Of a DNA stretch of 64,000 bases, positions 49,301 through 57,390 are shown in pieces; within the stretch, counting starts at the first letter, position 1, and every line of letters starts with the position of its first letter. Origin of the DNA: Phaeosaccion multiseriatum (lineage: Eukaryota; Protista; Ochrophyta, other classes). The notes beneath the pieces were generated by a model. That model searched no databases, was not told where the DNA came from, and saw nothing but the letters and a program-made list of their open reading frames with translations. The stretch lies in assembly GCA_965112735.1 (NCBI GenBank), contig OZ218954.1, forward strand, positions 4,317,695-4,381,694, given 5' to 3'. Position numbers and translations under genes: made by a program.

Positions 49301-52300
49301 GGTTCTGCTACCTGCTGCACCGCCTTGGACCTCTGAACCTGCTGAGCTGCAGCCCGATCCGCGCGCTTAAAGAGCTCCTCCCGCTGCGCCTTGTGCTGCC
49401 GCTGCAATACCCACTGACGGTGCTGCCGTGCCTGCTGCCGGGCCACTTGCAACCGCTGAGCCTGCTGCGTTGCCAACCATGCTGCTGTATCCTCCTTCGC
49501 AACAACTCGTGGTATGTCAGCGCGTCTGGCTGGCACGTGCTCGAGCTGCCAGCTGGCCGAATCCGCCAAGGGTACGCGTCGCTCCCGCTGCACATGGCGT
49601 CGCCCCAAGTCACTGCCCCAAGCGAGACGAAGCCCTCGGCGATACCAGACGCAGGTGTCGTCAGCGCACCGCTCCCGCTGCAACGGCAAAACTTGTAGTC
49701 GCACCTGCTCATGGTGCTCCAACACTGCTTGCCGATGAACCCGATCCCACAGTACCGGAGACTCCACAAGGCTGGATGCCGTTCTCCGTTGCTGCCGCTG
49801 CAACCGCCCAGCGCCCACTCGACTCTGACGACACTGACTCCCCTTCTTGCCGCGCCGCCGTAAATGCTGAAACCGGGCCTTGACCGCCGGCGCCGGCGGC
49901 GGCACAAACGTCGCTGACACCCCTGCCGCCGGAGGCGACAGTGCCTGCACCTGCACCGCTCGCAATGGAAGCACCGTGGCCCCCAACTCAGCCTCCTCGG
50001 GTACTGCCGCACAGCGCACCACAGGCCCCTGCGGTGGGTGCCAGACCGGCTCCCCTCCGCCAGACGCACCCTCGTCCACTGTCGGAGCTGCTGACACCGT
50101 CTGTGCGACACCCGCGGGAGACGACTTCGATACCGCCGGCTCCGCAGCGGAAGCACCCTCGTCCACTGCCATAGCCGCCGCCATGGTATCGGAGGGACCC
50201 TCGTCCGCAAGAATGACAGCGGCCACCTCCGCGCTCGCCTCCGCGTCGAGCAAACACGAAGCCGTGCCCATGGTCTGCCCAGGCACGACTACGATCACGT
50301 CGTTATGATGGTTCTGCACGGTGATGCGGTAACGCTGCCCGCCAGCATACACACCATCCTTGTGCGCCACTAGCACCTGCTCATGCGACAACCACCACAG
50401 CACATCTGCCTCCGCCTCCAACTGCCCGTGAGCGCCCAACTCAACCATAGCCTGAAGGCCCTCAGCGACGCCAGTTAGCTCGAGCAGCAGTGAGCCGGTC
50501 TGCCCAGGGCCCAACTTCAGGGCTTCCACAGCACTGACCCGGCCCACCGCAGCTGTGTCATCCACCACTGCCAGCACTTGAACTGCCAAAACATCAGAGG
50601 TCGAAGCCGCGGTGTCCGCCTCCAGAGAAGTGGGGAGCACGTAGATTTGCTTAGCACGATGATCAACAACAGCCCCCACTTGCTTGAAGAAATCCTGCCC
50701 CAAGAAGATGGGCCGCGCCAAGTGGTCCACCACATGAAAGGGCAACACAGGCTGACAAGTCGGAGTGAGTCCCACCTGAAGCCAAATGAGCCCTCGGGAC
50801 ATTGTCTTGGCCCGGTTGTCGGCGTACGACACCTGCACCCCCTTCTGCGTAGCGAGCTCTTCCCGCTCCACCGTACCATCCGCCACCAATTGATTGAAGC
50901 ATGTTGTCGAGATACAGCCAGCCCCCGTGCACCCACTGTCCATCAAGGCCGTCAGGACGCTCTTCTCCACATCGGCCGCTGCACTGACATCACGTGGTGC
51001 AGCAGCCCCCCAGCACCGTCGAGCGTCGCTGACCTTCACCGGTGAGCGCACCGTGACTTCCACCGTATGCCCACGCCCTGCAGGAACCGCCGTTCGCCCA
51101 GTGGCGGCGACAGCGTTGGCAATATCCGAGCGCCTCACTGCTGTCTGCAACGCTGCGACCCCACCAGGAACGTCATCGAGCCGCACCCTATGGAGAGCCC
51201 GCGCTGCGCGTTGCACGCAGCCCGCACACAGCTCACATTCTCCATCGAACGCTGCGGCACAGGTGCACACCCCCGGGCTAGGGGGGTTCTCGAGGAGCGC
51301 GACCCCAGCACCAGGCTCCAAGGCGACTGCATGACAAGCACGCACAAATGGATCGATGGCAAGCCCCTGGAGCCCCCCTGCCGCCGCCAACGCAGCCGTG
51401 AAAGCGGCCTCCTGCTGCTGTCGCTCGGCCGCTGAAGCTGCACGCGCACGCCGCCGGCGCTGGCTCCTCCGCACACGCCGCCGTATCACGCGATCCTCTG
51501 CAGCCTGTAGCTGGCGCTGCTGCTCCTCTTCCTGGCACAGCACCGCCACTGCTTGCTTGGCACGCCTGCGCAGCCACTTCGCGGCCCCCCTCTGCGCAGC
51601 CCTGCTCCGCCCGTCCACAGGAGGCACCGCCGGAGGCACCGCTGGAGCAGTCAACGGCGGGGTCCAGAGGCTCTCCGCCCGCTGCTGAAGCTGAACCTGC
51701 CACGCCCACTGTTCATGTTCCTCCGCGGGAGTGAATCGCGGAAGCGGAACAGCCCCGAGAGGCAAGGCCCGAACGAGGCCCATGGCCTTGGCCTGCCGAT
51801 GCGTCACCAGGGGACACAGCTGCTGAGGCTGAAGCCCATCGCTTGGCGGTGGGACAGGCTCTGCAGCCTGGACGACTGCCTCGACAGCATGACCATGCTG
51901 CTGCGCCATGTGCTGCGCCTGCGGCTGCTCTATGCGTTGCTCCTGCTGCTGCTGCTGCGGCTCCGCCTCCTCCGACTGCGGCTGCGACTGCGCCAAAAGC
52001 TCCGGCTGCGGCTCCATGCGCTGCTCCAGCTGCTGCTGCTGCTGTTCCTCCTGCGCACCTGGCAACTGCATCTGCGCCAGTTCTGCACGACGCCTCTGCT
52101 CCTGCGCGGCACGCCCACGGATCCGCGCCAAGTGGCCGGCATCCAGCCAGGCCGACGCGTGCACTGAACGAGACGACTCGTGCGGCCGCTGCTGCTCCTC
52201 CTCCGGCGGCGGCGACTGCTGCGCGAGCTCACAGCACTGCGGTCCTGGTGCCTCCACACTCGGCGGCTGCTGCTGCTCCGCCGCCTCCGCGGTCTGCTGT

Positions 52301-52624
52301 GACTGCTGCTGCTGCTGCTGCTGCTGCTGTGGCTGCTGCTGCTGTACTGGTGCTTCGGTTCCGTCAACGCCACTCGACAACTCGACCACAGAACCGTGCC
52401 GCTGAGCTCCAACCACGTGCACTGAGCGTGGCACCTCCGCCCCCCCACTCTGCGCCATGTGCGGCTGCTGCTGCTGCTGCTGCTGCTGCGGCTGTGGCTG
52501 CTGCTGCTGTACTGGTGCTTCGGATCCGTCAACGCCGCTCGACAACTCGACCACAGAACCGTGCCGCTGAGCTTCAACCACGTGCACTGAGCGTGGCACC
52601 TCCGCCTCCCCACTCTGCGCCATG

Positions 52625-52671
<47 letters not shown>

Positions 52672-52789
52672 TACGGGTGCTTCGGTTCCGTCAACGCCGC
52701 TCGACAACTCGACCACAGAACCGTGCCGCTGACCTTCAACCACGTGCACTGAGCGTGGCACCTCCGCCTCCCCACGCTGCGCCATGTGC

Positions 52790-52839
<50 letters not shown>

Positions 52840-52954
52840 TACTGGTGCTTCGGTTCCGTCAACGCCGCTCGACAACTCGACCACAGAACCGTGCCGCTGA
52901 GCTTCAACCACGTGCACTGAGCGTGGCACCTCCGCCTCCCCCCTCTGCGCCATG

Positions 52955-52997
<43 letters not shown>

Positions 52998-53170
52998 AGT
53001 GCTGCTGCTGCTGCGGCTGTTGCTGCTGCTGCTGTACAGGTGCTTCGGATCCGTCAACGCCGCTCGACAACTCGACCACAGAACCGTGCCGCGGAGCGTC
53101 AACCACGTGCACTGAGCGTGGCACCTCCGCCTCCCCACTCTGCGCCATGTGCTGCTGCTGCTGCAGCTGC

Positions 53171-53228
<58 letters not shown>

Positions 53229-53253
53229 GTGCTTCTGTTCCGTCAACGCCGCT
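43387..53253 (-). CDS. pol: Pol polyprotein: aspartic protease, RT, RNase H, DEDDy 3'-5' exonuclease, integrase, chromodomain (5' part cut off by nested insertion)
   Basis: ALMDSG (~50940). RT motifs VMDIMSGYFNV, MPQGAKNAP and FVDDI (~47980). RNase H LSTDAS..ELELLAV..TDHQPL..PDCLSR. Exonuclease DSE/D/YAFAD (46120-46563). Integrase H..H..C..C, ADVAGP, SDQGSQF, NGQVER. Chromodomain RIVKFR..EYNVRW..TWE (~43540-43710). Confidence 0.95.
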
Positions 53254-54323
53254 TGTTAGAAGTCGTACTTTTGCTAGACTGATACCTGCCCTCTGAATTC
53301 AGACCGGGAGGTATCAGTCTAGCAAAAGTACGACTGCTAACAAGACCGTTGCTAGAGGACGAACCCCCCCCCCCCACCGCACATAGTGGGGAGAAGTAGC
53401 TCGCAGTCTGAGAATCAGCATCATGGGCCAGCAAGCTGGTAACAGTTTTCGCCGAAAAATACGCTTTTTCACAAGCGACAGCTAGGGTTCGAACTCACAA
53501 CTAGCCTTGTTAGAAGTCGTACTTTTGCTAGACTGATACCTGCCCTCTGAATTCAGACCGGGAGGTATCAGTCTAGCAAAAGTACGACTTCTAACAAGAC
53601 CGTTGCTAGAGGACGAACCCCCCCCCCCACCGCACATAGTGGGGAGAAGTAGCTCGCAGTCTGAGAATCAGCATCATGGGCCAGCAAGCTGGTAACAGTT
53701 TTCGCCGAAAAATACGCTTTTTCACAAGCGACAGCTAGGGTTCGAACTCACAACTAGCCTTGTTAGAAGTCGTACTTTTGCTAGACTGATACCTGCCCTC
53801 TGAATTCAGACCGGGAGGTATCAGTCTAGCAAAAGTACGACTTCTAACAAGACCGTTGCTAGAGGACGAACCCCCCCCCCCCACCGCACATAGTGGGGAG
53901 AAGTAGCTCGCAGTCTGAGAATCATTCAGAGGGCAGGTATCAGTCTAGCAAAAGTACGACTTCTAACAAGGCTAGTTGTGAGTTCGAACCCTAGCTGTCG
54001 CTTGTGAAAAAGCGTATTTTTCGGCGAAAACTGTTACCAGCTTGCTGGCCCATGATGCTGATTCTCAGACTGCGAGCTACTTCTCCCCACTATGTGCGGT
54101 GGGGGGGGGGGGTTCGTCCTCTAGCAACGGTCTTGTTAGAAGTCGTACTTTTGCTAGACTGATACCTCCCGGTCTGAATTCAGAGGGCAGGTATCAGTCT
54201 AGCAAAAGTACGACTTCTAACACGCTCGACAACTCGACCACAGAACCGTGCCGCTGAGCTTCAACCACGTGCACTGAGCGTGGCACCTCCGCCTCCCCAC
54301 TCTGCGCCAGGTGCTGCTGCTGC

Positions 54324-54368
<45 letters not shown>

Positions 54369-54380
54369 TGCTGCGGCACC
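52340..54380 (-). repeat. Six coding tandem repeats (HMAQSGEAEVPRSVHVVEAQRHGSVVELSSGVDGTEAPV + polyQ) at the start of pol
   Basis: Five intact copies plus one split by the 969-bp insertion. Confidence 0.9.
53254..54222. mobile_element. Nested array of a non-coding mini-element (89-bp palindromic TG..CA unit A plus ~165-bp unit B), 4-bp TSD CGCT
   Basis: A at 53254-53342, 53508-53596, 53761-53849 and inverted at 54134-54222, with a half A at 53925-53968. CGCT at 53250-53253 and 54223-54226. Removing the insert restores the pol repeat and reading frame. Confidence 0.9.
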
Positions 54381-54694
54381 TCCGCCTCCATACTCTGCTG
54401 CTGCTGCGACGCGGCACGCTGCTGCAGCCGCCGGCGCCGTGCAAGTCTTTTGCCACGCCAAGGGTCGCTGATGACAGGTGACTCCTGCTCTACACGACTA
54501 GCCTGACCGCTCCTACGCTGGGCTGAGGCATGGGACAAAGATGAGTCTGACAAACAAGATAAGTGCGAAGTACATTCATTATCTTCTACACTGCTCTTGT
54601 CTGTCCTCCCCCCCTCTGCTCCCACGCCGACGCTATCCTCCCGAGCTGCGGTCGTGGTCCCCAGGGCTGCTGGCCAAGCAGCCCCGGGGCACCG
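54223..54694 (-). CDS. 5' segment of the pol frame, in frame with gag after its UGA stop
   Basis: Open from 54694 to the insertion site. Same frame as gag (56725) and joins pol at 53253 once the insert and one TSD copy are removed. Confidence 0.85.
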
Positions 54695-54697
54695 TCA
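54655..54697 (-). promoter_or_regulatory. Putative stop-codon readthrough signal (UGA-CGG plus 13-bp stem-loop)
   Basis: UGA CGGUG CCCCGGGGCUGCU-UGGCC-AGCAGCCCUGGGG. Confidence 0.7.
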
Positions 54698-56725
54698 GCC
54701 GTCGAACTTGTACCCATCCTGTGCCGCCAACGTGCCCGCCACCATTGCTGCCACGGCTTCAGACATATCGGAATCCTGATGCTGCGGCCTACGCGCCTGC
54801 CGCAGCTTAAGACGCTGCACGATGCCTCGAAGGTCCTCCCGCGTAGCCGGAATTGCGTTGCACTCAATCCAGCCATGGCCTGCGCGGTTGCAGGTGGCGC
54901 AGTTGAAAGGAGCCGGGCTGGTTCCCTCACGCCGCCTGAGATCACCATGGAAGAGCAGAGACCGTTGTGAAGTGGCCGAAAGCGGTGTCGGCTGCTGCAG
55001 GGCCACTGCATTCACCGCCAACGCCTCAGCAGACAACTCATTCACCGCCGACAACTCATTCACCGCCATCCCCCCTCGAGGGGCACGCTGACCACTACCA
55101 CTGCCGCTGCCCCGGCCAGCACCGCCCGTAAGAGCCGGACGGACGGGAGAAATCGCACTCGTGGCAGTCGGGTACTCGTCTTGGTACGCCTGGTATAACA
55201 CCTGCCAAGTGGGAGGCGCCGAGTCCCATTGCTGCCAAAACTTGGTCATGCCATCCGACAAATGCAGCGTAGAACGACGGAGACGGTCCTCCATGTCTGG
55301 GCGCAGCACAGCCAGCAGTGCTGTCGCCAAGACGTGTTGCTCCGGAGACTGCCCCGTAAGCGTCACCAGACACCGATTCAATTCCTCCAGCATGGCCATC
55401 ACCTTGGCGAGCGCCAGATTGACTTCCTTAGCGACTGTAGACGCCTCCAGAGGCTTCGCCTCCTGCACCAAGGACTGCACCAGCTGCTGAAACGCGTACT
55501 GCGAGTGCTCCCCAAGAGGGATACCGAATTGACGAAGCAGACCCCTCGCAAGCAAATGGAACCGATCACTCGTCGTCTGCCAACTCAAGGTGACCGTTTC
55601 GCCGCACTCCCTCCATGTGACATCTGTCTGCGCCTCCGCCAGAACGACAGCCTGACGAGCTGCAGTCAACTGCTCCAGCATGCGCATCTGTAGCAGCCCC
55701 TCTTGTCCTGGTAGCACCTTCCCAGAAGGCGTCAAGAACTCCTGGCTCGCCAGCAACGGAGGCCAGCGGAACAATATTTGGAGCACCTCCGCTCGAGTCA
55801 GCAGCGTACCCGTCGGCGAAAACGGAAAGGGCAGTGGGTCCGTACTCACCAGCCGGAGACCGCTAGTGCGAGCCTGCATCGGTGGTTGCAGCACGTTCTG
55901 ACGGACGATGTCAAGCAGCCCTCGCTGCACAGCTGCGACCTGCTGCAAGACATCCTTGCCCTCCGCATCTGAGCGACGCGTCTCCGGCCCTGGGACACTC
56001 TCGAGATAGTGAACCCTCTGCAGCGCCCTCTCCAGCAGCTCACTCTTCGCCTGCAGCGCCTGCGCCGTTTCCTGAAGCTGAAGCTGAAGGCACATCTGGA
56101 GCTCTCCCTCTTCCGAGTTGGCAGCACCCGTAGAACGGAGAGGCGTCTCCCAACGAGCCACCGGCGAGGCGGCCGTCGCAAATGGATTCGTGACCTCCAG
56201 TGGCCCGGGCACTACTGTAGAAAAGGGATTCGTGTCGCTCTGCTGCCCCGACGCTGCCGCAGCGAAAGGGTTAGTATCCTCCTGCTGCTCCTCCAGCTGC
56301 CCCCCTCCCGAGCTCAGCTTGCTCACCGCCGACACCGACGCTCGAGAGAAAAGGTAGGACAGATCCTCCACCTCAGCACGGGCGGGGGGCGAGGAACCCG
56401 TGGCCTCCGCCCCCCCCACCAAAGCCGGCTCCTCCAGCGCTGCAACAGGGGGGGGGAAATAATTCCCCACAAAAGGATTTCCCACGCCTGTCTGCACTGC
56501 CACCACATCGCCACCACCCATCCCCACAGCAGCAGGAGGGGGAGCAGCTGGAGACGCGGAAGCAGAAGAAGCGAGGGAACCCGATGTGAGCAAGGCCGCA
56601 CGCACGCGGCTCACCGCACCGGGACTGGCGGTGACTGCCGCGGCATCAGAGGGAACAGCATCATTTTTGCGAACACGGTCTCCCTCAGCATCCAAGTGCA
56701 GTGCATCCGTCCCATCCTCCGCCAT
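54695..56725 (-). CDS. gag: Gag-like protein (676 aa) with CCHC zinc knuckle
   Basis: First ORF after the 5' LTR. CATCNRAGHGWIEC = CX2CX4HX4C. Coiled-coil segment and repeated (D/V)TNPF motifs. Confidence 0.88.
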   Translation of the reverse strand: MAEDGTDALHLDAEGDRVRKNDAVPSDAAAVTASPGAVSRVRAALLTSGSLASSASASPAAPPPAAVGMGGGDVVAVQTGVGNPFVGNYFPPPVAALEEPALVGGAEATGSSPPARAEVEDLSYLFSRASVSAVSKLSSGGGQLEEQQEDTNPFAAAASGQQSDTNPFSTVVPGPLEVTNPFATAASPVARWETPLRSTGAANSEEGELQMCLQLQLQETAQALQAKSELLERALQRVHYLESVPGPETRRSDAEGKDVLQQVAAVQRGLLDIVRQNVLQPPMQARTSGLRLVSTDPLPFPFSPTGTLLTRAEVLQILFRWPPLLASQEFLTPSGKVLPGQEGLLQMRMLEQLTAARQAVVLAEAQTDVTWRECGETVTLSWQTTSDRFHLLARGLLRQFGIPLGEHSQYAFQQLVQSLVQEAKPLEASTVAKEVNLALAKVMAMLEELNRCLVTLTGQSPEQHVLATALLAVLRPDMEDRLRRSTLHLSDGMTKFWQQWDSAPPTWQVLYQAYQDEYPTATSAISPVRPALTGGAGRGSGSGSGQRAPRGGMAVNELSAVNELSAEALAVNAVALQQPTPLSATSQRSLLFHGDLRRREGTSPAPFNCATCNRAGHGWIECNAIPATREDLRGIVQRLKLRQARRPQHQDSDMSEAVAAMVAGTLAAQDGYKFDG

Positions 56726-56842
56726 GGCAACTCCCGATCACAAGGCTGGTAAGGCCCTACAGCTGACAGCGAAAAGCAAGCCTCCGGCCACACAGTAAAT
56801 CAGCCTCACAGCTAATAAAGCTCAGACCTGTGTCTTTCGGAT

Positions 56843-56851
56843 CTTCCGGGT
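56843..56851 (-). other. Primer-binding site position, complementary to LTR sequence rather than to tRNA
   Basis: Minus-strand ACCCGGAAG directly after the LTR CA. Its complement CTTCCGGGT lies in the LTR at 56944-56952. No TGG. Confidence 0.65.
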
Positions 56852-57075
56852 TGTCGAAACTACCGACAGCTAGACTGAAAGCCAAGCTAAAGCCAAGCAG
56901 AAAGCAGAAGCCAAGCAGAAGCTAAGCAGAAGCTGAGACAAGCACCCGGAAGCCAGCCCACACGCAGGCTGCGCTCCCATTTATTTATTACTGATTTACC
57001 GTCTGTTGGCCCGTTTTCCGGCCGTTACACTACTGATTGGGTCCCCAAGGGACCCCAACTAGGCCACTTCTAACA
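56852..57075 (-). repeat. 5' LTR (224 bp)
   Basis: Direct repeat of 43125-43348. Confidence 0.97.
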
Positions 57076-57351
57076 TTCAGAGGGCAGGTATCAGTCTAGC
57101 AAAAGTACGACTTCTAACAAGGCTAGTTGTGAGTTCGAACCCTAGCTGTCGCTTGTGAAAAAGCGTATTTTTCGGCGAAAACTGTTACCAGCTTGTGTTA
57201 GAAGTCGTACTTTTGCTAGACTGATACCTGCCCTCTGAATTCAGACCGGGAGATTCAGACCGGGAGGTATCAGTCTAGCAAAAGTACGACTTCTAACAAG
57301 GCTAGTTGTGAGTTCGAACCCTAGCTGTCGCTTGTGAAAAAGCGTATTTTT
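57076..57351. mobile_element. Rearranged partial copies of the palindromic mini-element between the LTR and the telomere
   Basis: Half A (57076-57119), partial B, partial A from 57196, a second half A, then partial B ending GCGTATTTTT. Confidence 0.9.
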
Positions 57352-57390
57352 GGGTTAGGGTTAGGGTTAGGGTTAGGGTTAGGGTTAGGG
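57352..57390 (+). repeat. Telomeric repeat GGG(TTAGGG)6
   Basis: G-rich strand points toward the window end. Confidence 0.85.

Larger units (their letters stand above)
43125..57075 (-). mobile_element. Full-length Ty3/gypsy LTR retrotransposon with chromodomain integrase and extra DEDDy exonuclease
   Basis: Two 224-bp TG..CA LTRs, a PPT, gag with CCHC, and pol in the order PR-RT-RH-(exo)-INT-chromo. Confidence 0.96.

Noticed and set aside
51843-53296. Poly-Ala, poly-Cys and poly-Ser ORFs overlapping pol
   Set aside because: Alternative frames of CAG-rich repeats.
53940-54010. Functional tRNA gene
   Set aside because: Acceptor, anticodon and T stems do not pair properly; reported only as tRNA-like.
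53254-54222. CRISPR-like array of palindromic repeats
   Set aside because: Spacers are identical, units are too long, there are no cas genes and the context is eukaryotic.
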